DNA from: Candidatus Stahliibacteriota bacterium
GTDB taxonomy: Bacteria > Hydrothermota > UBA3073 > JACQXS01
Direction of reading: 5' to 3'
Assembly: GCA_016208615.1 (NCBI GenBank)
Contig: JACQXS010000003.1
Location: forward strand, 5,675-69,674
DNA: 64,000 nucleotides
Position 1 is the stretch's first letter. Each line of letters opens with the position of its first letter. This document shows, piece after piece, positions 8,740-16,788 of the stretch. A program made the position numbers and the translations under genes. The notes beneath the pieces are model-generated. The model had not been told where the DNA came from. It ran no database searches and was given only the letters and a program-made list of their open reading frames with translations.

Positions 8740-8958
8740 ATGAAAATGTTCACCGAACAAGTTATTGATATAGCAATGGAATTTATGAAAAATAAGGCTA
8801 ATTTTCCATGGCCAAGACTTGAGGCAATTACTTCTATAGAAGGAACAGAAGAAGAGAAAGCCTGCTGGGAAGTATTGATAAATGTGGGAGTAACGCAAAA
8901 ACAAATAAAAAAGGTGCTAATAGATGATGAAGATGGAAAGGTAATAAAGTATGAATAA
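8740..8958 (+). CDS. hypothetical 72-aa protein, upstream partner of the PaREP1-like gene
   Basis: Strong SD (AAGGAGGT) 7 nt before the ATG. Its stop overlaps the next gene's start by 8 nt (ATGAATAA). No family recognised. Confidence 0.5.
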   Translation: MKMFTEQVIDIAMEFMKNKANFPWPRLEAITSIEGTEEEKACWEVLINVGVTQKQIKKVLIDDEDGKVIKYE

Positions 8959-9325
8959 TGTTCTGGCAACATATTTAAAGACGAGAGACCATTATTTTTT
9001 GAATGCCCAAGAATGTATTAAGAAAAAGGAATGGCGGAAAGCTTCTGAATTACTTTGGGGCACCATTACCCAGTCGATTAAGGCATTGGCTTCAATTCAT
9101 GGAATTCGTATATCTTCACATAATCAATTTTTTGGATATATGGAAGGGATTAGTCAAGAGACAGGAGATAAAGAATTTTATATATTATTTGATGAGCTAA
9201 ATAACTTGCATAGAAATTTCTATGAAGAGGTTATACCACCTGCAAGTTTTCCAATAATTTATGAAAAAACACTGTGGTTTCTTGAGAAAATAGACAATTT
9301 GCAGAAAAAAGTATCTCCTGATTAA
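8951..9325 (+). CDS. PaREP1/HEPN-superfamily-like helical protein
   Basis: LNAQECIKKKEWRKASELLWGTITQSIKALASIHGIRISSHNQFFGYMEGISQETGDKEF..LFDELNNLHRNFYEE matches my memory of the archaeal PaREP1 pattern (..KGDYRQASEKAWGAA..A.KA.A...G....SH..L......L..E.GD.E......A..LH.NFYE). Confidence 0.55.
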   Translation: MNNVLATYLKTRDHYFLNAQECIKKKEWRKASELLWGTITQSIKALASIHGIRISSHNQFFGYMEGISQETGDKEFYILFDELNNLHRNFYEEVIPPASFPIIYEKTLWFLEKIDNLQKKVSPD

Positions 9326-9343
9326 TTCTTATCCCAAAATAAT

Positions 9344-10207
9344 ATGAAGTCAGGTTTTGTGGCTATAGTTGGCAAACCCAATGTAGGCAAATCTACTCTG
9401 CTCAATCGTCTCTTAGGCACAAAATTAGTTGCCGTTTCTAATAAACCCCAGACTACAAGGCATAATGTACTTGGAATATTGAATGAGCCAGACTATCAAA
9501 TTATATTCACAGATACGCCCGGCATATTTAACCCCACTAACAGTATCCAAAAAGTTATGGTCAAACAAGCCCTATTATCACTAAAAGATAATGATATAAC
9601 TATGCTCCTTGTAGAGCCATTTACAATGGAAACCGAGATGATTAAAAAGATGGAGCGTGCTACTATACTTGTTATCAATAAAATAGACCTCCTGAAAGAT
9701 AGGAAGCTATTACTACCATTAATAAATAAATATAAAGAGTTTAAGTTAGTGCAAGAAATCGTCCCTATTTCTGCTTTGAATGGCGATGGCATAGAGGGGT
9801 TGAAGAAAGTAATTGCTACTTTTTTACCTGACCAAGAAGAGCCATATTATCCGACAGATATTTTATCAGATAGGGATGAGAGATTTTTTGTCTCAGAGCT
9901 TATACAGGAGAAGGTATTCGTATTCTATGGTCAGGAAATTCCCTACGCTACCACAGTGATGATTGATGAGTTCAAAGAAAGGGAGCAGGGTAAGTATTTT
10001 ATCCGCGCTACTATTTATGTAGAAAGGGCTTCGGAGAAAGCTATCATTATCGGAAATAAAGGCGAGGCAATCAAGCGAGTAGGCACAGAAGCACGCAAAG
10101 CCATAGAAAAATTGATAAATCATCCCGTGTATCTGGAGTTATGGGTAAAGGTACGAAAAGGATGGCGACGCAACCTGCAAGATATTAAAGAATTTGGATA
10201 TGAGTAA
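9344..10207 (+). CDS. era: GTPase Era
   Basis: KSGFVAIVGKPNVGKSTLLN (G1), SNKPQTTRH, DTPG, INKID and a C-terminal KH domain (IIIGNKGEAIKRVG). Confidence 0.92.
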   Translation: MKSGFVAIVGKPNVGKSTLLNRLLGTKLVAVSNKPQTTRHNVLGILNEPDYQIIFTDTPGIFNPTNSIQKVMVKQALLSLKDNDITMLLVEPFTMETEMIKKMERATILVINKIDLLKDRKLLLPLINKYKEFKLVQEIVPISALNGDGIEGLKKVIATFLPDQEEPYYPTDILSDRDERFFVSELIQEKVFVFYGQEIPYATTVMIDEFKEREQGKYFIRATIYVERASEKAIIIGNKGEAIKRVGTEARKAIEKLINHPVYLELWVKVRKGWRRNLQDIKEFGYE

Positions 10208-10238
10208 AGCAATTAAACTTTTAGACTTTTAGACTTCT

Positions 10239-11237
10239 ATGTTCCTCCATCGTTATATTGTGCGTGAACACATTGGACCTTTTATCCTCGGTCTATTTAC
10301 ATTTACATTTATACTCCTGATGAACCAAATCTTTTTACTTGTGTGGGATATAATAGGCAAAGGTATTAGTCCCGGGATTGTCTTTTTTCTACTTTTACTT
10401 TATTTGCCTTCTATAATAGCACTCACTATTCCGATGGCAGTAATGGTATCTTCTTGTATGGCATTTGGCAGATTGGCTCAGGATATGGAAATCACAGCCA
10501 TAAGAGCAGCGGGAATCAATCCTTTACTCCTAAACATTATGCCCATTGTATTGGTCGGACTACTTACTTATGGTATGGTATTGTTTAACAATCACCTTTT
10601 ACCCGAAGCCAATCACAAGTTAAAAAATATTATGCTTGATATAGCACAAAAGAAGCCCTGCCTAAGAATCAGACCACTCGTTACGATGGAAGATATGCAA
10701 GGATATGATTTGCAAGTAGGTGCCGTTGATTATAAGAAAGCTGAGATTTACAAAGTTAAGCTGTTTGACAAGATGACAGGAAGGGAAATTTTTGCCCGCT
10801 CCGGCTTATTCTATTCAGATAGTACTAAAATTACGCTATTATTAAAAGATGGTGAACTCCATGAGCCGCTTACGGATGGTAGATATAGGAAGATGGGGTT
10901 TGATGAGCAATATATTTATATCCCGATAGATGCCCAAACTATTCAAAGAGACCGCGAATACCGTGGCGATAGAGAACTATCTGCACAAGGACTGAAACAA
11001 AAAATACAATCCGTAATAAAAGAAAATGGCGACAATAGATATAAGAAACGAAAAATAAATAGCTTACTTGTTGAATATCACAAAAAGTATTCTATCCCGT
11101 TTGCGTGCCTCGTATTTGTTATACTGGGCTGTCCCCTTGCTATTAGAGTAAAAAGAGGTGGCATAGGTGCGGGATTTGGGCTAACGCTTTTATTCTTTAT
11201 CTTTTACTATGTCTGCCTTATAGGCGGAAATAGGTAA
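10239..11237 (+). CDS. LptF/LptG-family LPS export permease, apparently lacking the last TM segment
   Basis: YIVREHIGPFILGLF... is a YjgP/YjgQ-type N-terminus. There are three N-terminal TMs, a periplasmic domain, then only two C-terminal TMs, ending ...FYYVCLIGGNR* where family members normally continue for about 30-40 aa. Confidence 0.7.
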   Translation: MFLHRYIVREHIGPFILGLFTFTFILLMNQIFLLVWDIIGKGISPGIVFFLLLLYLPSIIALTIPMAVMVSSCMAFGRLAQDMEITAIRAAGINPLLLNIMPIVLVGLLTYGMVLFNNHLLPEANHKLKNIMLDIAQKKPCLRIRPLVTMEDMQGYDLQVGAVDYKKAEIYKVKLFDKMTGREIFARSGLFYSDSTKITLLLKDGELHEPLTDGRYRKMGFDEQYIYIPIDAQTIQRDREYRGDRELSAQGLKQKIQSVIKENGDNRYKKRKINSLLVEYHKKYSIPFACLVFVILGCPLAIRVKRGGIGAGFGLTLLFFIFYYVCLIGGNR

Positions 11238-11297
11238 TTACCCACATATTCCAATTTTTTTGCTTGACTTCCTTTTTAAAAGAGTTAAACTATTAGT

Positions 11298-12725
11298 ATG
11301 AAAGAAGCGTTGACTTTTGATGATGTATTACTTGTACCTAAAGCTTCTTCTATATTGCCGACACAAGTAGATGTGAGTAATAAATTTACCCGCCACATCT
11401 CTTTATCTATTCCAATAGTTTCAGCGGCTATGGATACTGTAACCGAATCAGCAATGGCAATTGCATTAGCAAAAGTAGGTGGAATTGGCATTATACATAA
11501 AAATATGCCCATTGAAAAACAGGCACAAGAAGTAGAGCGGGTTAAAAGGCACGAATCATGGATTGTTAGTTCGCCTATTACTTTAAGTCCTGAAAATCCT
11601 TTATCAGTAGCTTTTGAGTTAATGCAATTACATAATATATCAGGCTTCCCGGTGGTAGATAGGAAGGGTAAATTAGTCGGTATGCTTACTAAAAGGGATA
11701 TAAGATTTGAAAAACATTTATCTAAACCGATTAGCAAATTGATGACTAAAATCAATCTTATCACCTGTAAGCCTGGGACTTCGCAAAAAGAATCAATTAT
11801 TGTTTTAAGCAAACACAAAGTAGAGAAACTACCGATTGTTGATAGTCATGGGATTCTAAGGGGCTTAATTACCCTAAAAGATATTACTAAAAAGGAAAGC
11901 TCACCTTTATCTACAAAAGATAGCTTGGGTAAGCTGAGAGTAGGTGCAGCAGTTGGAATAGCTAAGGATACGCTTACCCGTGTGAAAGAACTTGTTGCCG
12001 CAGGGTGTGATGCTATTGTCATTGATACCGCACACGCACACTCAAGTTATGTGATAGAGATGGCGAAAAAGATAAGAAAAATACTTACTGATACTGAGCT
12101 TGTTGTTGGCAATATTGCAACCGCAGAAGCTACAAAAGCACTTTGTAACCTTGATATAGATGCTGTAAAAGTAGGTATTGGAGTAGGCTCAACCTGTACA
12201 ACACGAATTGTTACAGGAATAGGGATGCCACAACTTACGGCGATTATGGATTGTGCTGCCGCCTCATCCGTTCCCGTAATTGCAGATGGCGGGATTAGGT
12301 GGTCAGGGGATATAGTTAAATCTATTGCCGCAGGTGCGTCAACTGTTATGGTCGGTAATTTGCTTGCCGGAACTGACGAATCGCCGGGTGAAACTATTCT
12401 ATTTGAAGGCAGAAGATATAAGCAGTACAGGGGAATGGGGTCCATTGGAGCGATGGAAAAGGGGTCAGCGGATAGATACTTCCAACAAGAGGTATCCAAA
12501 AAACTTGTCCCCGAAGGTGTAGAAGGCAGAGTCCCTTATAGAGGGTATGTGGCAGAAACTATATTCCAATTGATTGGGGGATTAAAGTCGGGTATGGGAT
12601 ATAGTGGGGCAAAAAATATACCTGAATTGCAAAAAAAGGCAGAGTTTGTTAAAATTACGAACGCAGGACTAAAAGAATCTCACCCATATTCTATAACTAT
12701 CACCAAAGAACCACCCAATTATTAG
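11298..12725 (+). CDS. guaB: IMP dehydrogenase
   Basis: LTFDDVLLVP, a CBS pair, VIDTAHAHS, GIGVGSTCTTR (catalytic Cys loop), IADGGIR and GSIGAM. Confidence 0.95.
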   Translation: MKEALTFDDVLLVPKASSILPTQVDVSNKFTRHISLSIPIVSAAMDTVTESAMAIALAKVGGIGIIHKNMPIEKQAQEVERVKRHESWIVSSPITLSPENPLSVAFELMQLHNISGFPVVDRKGKLVGMLTKRDIRFEKHLSKPISKLMTKINLITCKPGTSQKESIIVLSKHKVEKLPIVDSHGILRGLITLKDITKKESSPLSTKDSLGKLRVGAAVGIAKDTLTRVKELVAAGCDAIVIDTAHAHSSYVIEMAKKIRKILTDTELVVGNIATAEATKALCNLDIDAVKVGIGVGSTCTTRIVTGIGMPQLTAIMDCAAASSVPVIADGGIRWSGDIVKSIAAGASTVMVGNLLAGTDESPGETILFEGRRYKQYRGMGSIGAMEKGSADRYFQQEVSKKLVPEGVEGRVPYRGYVAETIFQLIGGLKSGMGYSGAKNIPELQKKAEFVKITNAGLKESHPYSITITKEPPNY

Positions 12726-12821
12726 AACCTCTTAGAATTTTTAACAAATAAGACTTACTTTATTGAATAATTATTTTTTATATCTCTGGCTTTGAGCTTC
12801 TACCTTGACATTAGACGATTT

Positions 12822-12912
12822 TGTCCTTGTCATTCTGAACCCTTCACTTGTCATTCTGAACGGAGTGAAGAATCTCTATATTGTTCAGGGCAAGCTCCGT
12901 GAAGAATCTCGT
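12822..12912. repeat. REP-like palindromic element cluster (GTCATTCTGAAC ... GTGAAGAATCTC family)
   Basis: Two copies of TGTCATTCTGAAC and two of GTGAAGAATCTC. CTTCACT/AGTGAAG form a hairpin. 12847-12874 is 27/28 identical to the reverse complement of 63646-63673. Confidence 0.8.
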
Positions 12913-13025
12913 AAATTAGCATCAATCAAGGCATCGAGAGTTTTGTCAACTTAATTATTCAACAAAATAAATAAGACTTGACTTTTTAAGATATTGTTTT
13001 ACATTTCATTTACAAGGAGGTGTAA

Positions 13026-13391
13026 ATGGCTAAACGACATCGTTCAGCTATGAAGCGTGTAAGACAGGATGCGAAGAAAAGAATAAGGCATCGCAAAACA
13101 AAAACAGAAGTAAAGGTGGCGGTTAAAAAAGTAAGAGAAAGTAAGACCGCTGAAGACTTAACTAAGGCATATTCGGTCATTGATAAGGCACGCAAAAAAG
13201 GCGTACTACATCGGAAGACGGCGGCTCGCAAAAAGTCAAGACTCGCTAAATCTACAAATAAGGCAAAAACTAATATGGAGAAAAAGGGAGTCCAAAGCTC
13301 AAAGCCAAAAGCCAAAAGCCAAAAGTCCAAAGCCCAAAGCCCAAAGTCAAAAGTCAAAAGTCCAAAGCCAAAAGCTCAAAGCTCAACTTAA
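13026..13391 (+). CDS. rpsT: 30S ribosomal protein S20 with repeat-encoded C-terminal extension
   Basis: MAKRHRSAMKRVRQDAKKRIRHRKTKTEVK...KARKKGVLHRKTAARKKSRL is canonical S20. SD GGAGGTG lies upstream. The last ~33 aa (SKPKAKSQKSKAQSPKSKVKSPKPKAQSST) come from a heptamer array. Confidence 0.9.
   Translation: MAKRHRSAMKRVRQDAKKRIRHRKTKTEVKVAVKKVRESKTAEDLTKAYSVIDKARKKGVLHRKTAARKKSRLAKSTNKAKTNMEKKGVQSSKPKAKSQKSKAQSPKSKVKSPKPKAQSST
13291..13388 (+). repeat. tandem heptanucleotide array (about 14 x YYMAAAG)
   Basis: tccaaag ctcaaag ccaaaag ccaaaag ccaaaag tccaaag cccaaag cccaaag tcaaaag tcaaaag tccaaag ccaaaag ctcaaag ctcaact, read directly. It forms the 3' end of rpsT. Confidence 0.9.
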
Positions 13392-13414
13392 ATATAGCAA
13401 GATTTGGATTTATT

Positions 13415-13515
13415 CCCCTCTTATAGAGGGGTGTCCCGTTGAAAATCCTGTTGGAAATCCCGCAGCAGGCGGGGCAGCAATCGAGAATAAAATCGGGACA
13501 GGGTGTTTTTTGATT
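13415..13515. repeat. GC-rich nested hairpin element (GTCCCG...CGGGAC / AAATCCCGC...GCGGGG family)
   Basis: CCCCTC-ttata-GAGGGG hairpin, followed by gtGTCCCGttgaaaatcctgttgGAAATCCCGCagcagGCGGGGcagcaatcgagaataaaatCGGGACagggtg. The same core motifs recur at 786-809, 30302-30344, 35871-35938, 36449-36467 and 40433-40474. Confidence 0.7.
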
Positions 13516-13584
13516 TAGACCCCTCACTAAAGGGTGAGGTTAAGCAAAGATATTTTAGAATAGCAGAAGTTAAGGAGGAATAGT

Positions 13585-14172
13585 ATGTACAAGTATGTAA
13601 TACTTTTACTTATAATAGTATGTGATTTAGAGATAGTGAATGCAAATGGAGTTAGTTTTGGTCTTAGGGGAGGCGTAATTTCACAGACCTTCCCAGAAGA
13701 GCAAGGAACTGAACTTTGGCCCGCTGCTATAGGTGGATTAGTAGAATTTAAAATACCCAACTCTGCATTAGCTGTGAGAACAGATATAGGGGTTGGATTA
13801 TATCAAAAAGAGCAAAATGGAATTCGGACAACTAAAACAGATGTCCAATTAGAAGCTGGCGGCAAATACATATGGAAAATATCAAGCTCAGAGACCGCTG
13901 TGTATGGAGGTGAAGACCCATATAGGATGGGAATATCAAATGGATTAGCAATTGCTATGCATCTATATAATGTTGAAGAAAAATATGCTGACTCCGTGGT
14001 TAAGTCTCCGGAAACAGGAATTGGATTACATCTATTGGGTGGCGTGGAATACTTAATCAGCAGTTACATCTTGTTTGCAGAAATAGGGTGGGGTAATATT
14101 TTGCGGGGTGACTTTTTTCAAGAAAAGCAACACTGGACACAACTAACATTTATGGGAGGAGTAAGATTCTAA
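13585..14172 (+). CDS. small outer-membrane beta-barrel-like protein
   Basis: Signal peptide (MYKYVILLLIIVCDLEIVNA), alternating beta-strand pattern, C-terminal ...LTFMGGVRF with a terminal aromatic residue. Confidence 0.5.
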   Translation: MYKYVILLLIIVCDLEIVNANGVSFGLRGGVISQTFPEEQGTELWPAAIGGLVEFKIPNSALAVRTDIGVGLYQKEQNGIRTTKTDVQLEAGGKYIWKISSSETAVYGGEDPYRMGISNGLAIAMHLYNVEEKYADSVVKSPETGIGLHLLGGVEYLISSYILFAEIGWGNILRGDFFQEKQHWTQLTFMGGVRF

Positions 14173-14174
14173 TT

Positions 14175-14849
14175 ATGGCAAAGAAAAACATATTGGGAAT
14201 AGTGGGTAGCCCACGCAAGGGTGGAAATACAGATATACTTGTTTCAGAGACGCTCAAAGGTGCGGGCAAACAAGGAGCAAGACAAGAAAAAATATATCTG
14301 TCTGACCTACAAATAAGTCCATGTAAGGCGTGTGCAAAATGCATTGATACCGGCAAATGTGTCATAGAGGATGACTTTCATATAGTACTTGAAAAAATAA
14401 AGGAAAGTGACGCAATAGTTTTAGGTTCACCAGTGTATTGCAGAACGGTTACGGCACAAACTAAACTCCTAATAGATAGGATAGAGGCAAGTCAAATTAT
14501 TAAATCCTATACTCCTGATGGACGGGCTCGTTTTTTATGTCGGCTCAAAAAGTATCAAAAAGAGTATGCTAAACAAGGAATGGTTATTTGTATAGGAGAT
14601 TCTTCATCAAAAGATATATTACAGCAAACAGCTGATATAATGCATTGCTTTATGCGTGATTTAGGAATCAAGGTTGTAGGACAAATATTAGAGAATAAGT
14701 TGAGCGAAATAGGAGATGTCTATAAAAATAAACCTTTACTTGCACAAGCAAAAGCAATGGGAAAAAGTTTGGAGCGGGCGATGGGAATTGAACCCACGAC
14801 TTTCTGCTTGGCAAGCAGACGTTCTACCGCTGAACTACACCCGCACTGA
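14175..14849 (+). CDS. flavodoxin-like NAD(P)H-dependent FMN reductase / iron-sulfur flavoprotein
   Basis: ILGIVGSPRKGGNTDILV...CKACAKCIDTGKC...DAIVLGSPVYCRTVTAQTKLLIDR. The last ~25 codons (..GIEPTTFCLASRRSTAELHPH) are the antisense reading of tRNA-Gly. Confidence 0.75.
   Translation: MAKKNILGIVGSPRKGGNTDILVSETLKGAGKQGARQEKIYLSDLQISPCKACAKCIDTGKCVIEDDFHIVLEKIKESDAIVLGSPVYCRTVTAQTKLLIDRIEASQIIKSYTPDGRARFLCRLKKYQKEYAKQGMVICIGDSSSKDILQQTADIMHCFMRDLGIKVVGQILENKLSEIGDVYKNKPLLAQAKAMGKSLERAMGIEPTTFCLASRRSTAELHPH
14770..14844 (-). tRNA. tRNA-Gly (anticodon GCC)
   Basis: Reverse complement GCGGGTGTAGTTCAGCGGTAGAACGTCTGCTTGCCAAGCAGAAAGTCGTGGGTTCAATTCCCATCGCCCGCTCCA. The acceptor stem is GCGGGTG/CGCCCGC, the anticodon loop is TTGCCAA, and CCA is encoded. 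Confidence 0.9.
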
Positions 14850-14905
14850 TAAACTATAATTATCACCTAAATGAGATTTGTCAAGTAAGAAAAATGCACA
14901 ATATA

Positions 14906-16697
14906 ATGAGAAAAAATATGCTATTAGAAATTGGAACTGAAGAAGTGCCTGCAGAATGGCTCAAAGATATTGCTACTCAACTAAAGGATAAAATTTGTGC
15001 TCTGCTTAAAAGTTATGAAATTAGCTACGATGACTATGAGTTATTTTATACACCAAGGAGAATTGCGGTAATAATTAAAAATGTTGCTACTGAACAGAAT
15101 GATAAATATGTTGAAATTACGGGACCCCCCAAAGAAGTTGCCATTACTAATGATAACGATTGGAGTGAAGCGGCTATCGGATTTGCGAAAGCACAGAGCA
15201 TACCGGTAAAGGAACTCAAGTTCAAGCTAAAAGGGAAGAAAGAAGTTGTCAGCTGTGAAAAATTAGTCAAAGGAAGTAAGACACAAAGTATTCTTAAATC
15301 TAATCTCTCTCTACTTATATCAAAGATTGAATTCCCAAAGTCTATGGTCTGGGAGATAACAGAAGACAGAAGACAAATATCAGAAAGATTTAGGTTTGTG
15401 CGTCCTATACGCTGGGTAGTAGCTTTATTTGGCGAAACTATCATCCCATTTGAAATGGCAGGCATAAAAGCAGGATCAGAAATATCTACCTCTTAGAGAA
15501 AAGGATGGAAGTTTAGCCTCTTATTTTATAATTGTTGCAAACACAAAAGATGGAGATATTGATAAAATAAGAGGGGGGAACGAAAGAGTTCTACGAGCCA
15601 GGCTTGAGGATGCTGAATTTTATTACAAGGAGGATATGAAAATACGGTTAGAAGATAGAATAGAAGAACTAAAAGGAGTTACATGGCAGGAAGGGCTGGG
15701 TACATTATACGATAAGAGCCAAAGACTAATAAAACTATCTAAATACATAGCAGAAAAATATGTCCCGGATGTAGATTTAGCCCTTTTGGAAAAGGCAGCT
15801 AAACTATGTAAGGTGGATTTAATGACCAATATGATAAAAGATGGCAAGGAATTCACCACACTTGAAGGTCTATACGGAAGTATATTAGCTGAAAAACAAG
15901 GGGTAGAGCATTTGGTTTCTTTGGCCATAAAAGGACACTCTTCACTCGTAATTCCCACTCTTGTTGGCGAGCCGGAAACAGTAGTATTGGCAATTACAGA
16001 TAGAATTGATACTATAGTCGGTGCTTTTTTGTTGGGTAAAATACCAACAGGAAGTAAAGACCCACTTGGAATAAAAAGAGCAGGAAACGAACTTATAGAT
16101 ATCATCATAAAAAATTCTATATCCCTACAAATAAAAGAGTTAATAGAGAAAAGCATTGAGGGATATATGAAACAAGCAGAGGTAAAAGAGAGGATATTAG
16201 AATTTTTTATCCAGAGGGGAAGGAAGTATTTAGAAGACGAAGGTATCAGGTATGATATCATAGATGCAGTGATAGGAGTTCCAAATGATGATTTAGTTGA
16301 CTTATACATAAGGGCAAATATGCTAAACGGACTAAAAGCAAAGATGGAATTTGGGACATTGGCTACATTAGCCAAGAGAGTAAGAAATATATTAGAAAGT
16401 TCAAAATCCAAAATCCAAAGCCCAAAATGCAAAAAAGAATTGCTAAAAGAACAGGAAGAAATAGAGCTATACGAGAGATTAATAGCAGGAGAGAAAGATT
16501 TTGAGGCGTATCTTAATAAAAGAAAGTATAATAAGACGGTAGATTGGCTAATTACATTAGCACCGGTGATAAATAATTTCTTTGATAAGGTGCTGGTAAT
16601 GGCACCGGAGGTAGAGTTGCGTGAAAATAGGATTGCTTTATTACATTATTTGCATTCTTTTTTTTATAAAATAGCCGACTTCTCTAAAATCGGGTAG
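14906..16697 (+). pseudogene. glyS: glycine--tRNA ligase beta subunit, disrupted (internal deletion plus frameshift)
   Basis: ORF 14894-15496 carries the N-terminus (MLLEIGTEEVPAEW...YTPRRIAV...FVRPIRW). The frame starting at 15468 continues KQDQKYLPLREKDGSLASYFIIVAN...GGNERVLRARLEDAEFYYKED and runs into ORF 15636-16697. The segment around the GHRF motif (about 100 aa in E. coli GlyS as I recall it) is missing, and the two parts are in different frames. Confidence 0.75.
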
Positions 16698-16788
16698 AAG
16701 GGACTTTTCAGCCAAAGGATGATGAGCCTCTGGCTCATATGCCCCGTTTATATTGTAGGAGCGAGTAGATGATTCGCCCAAATACCTA

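Noticed and set aside
11285-11818. Long antisense ORFs inside confidently identified genes (e.g. 11285-11818 and 12047-12499 opposite guaB, 15623-16432 opposite glyS, 24682-25260 opposite the HEAT protein, 5912-6355 opposite prs, 13010-13357 opposite rpsT)
   Set aside because: Each lies fully opposite a gene with strong family signatures, and their sequences are low-complexity, Ser/Leu/Ile-rich mirror translations. They are shadow ORFs typical of AT-rich genomes.
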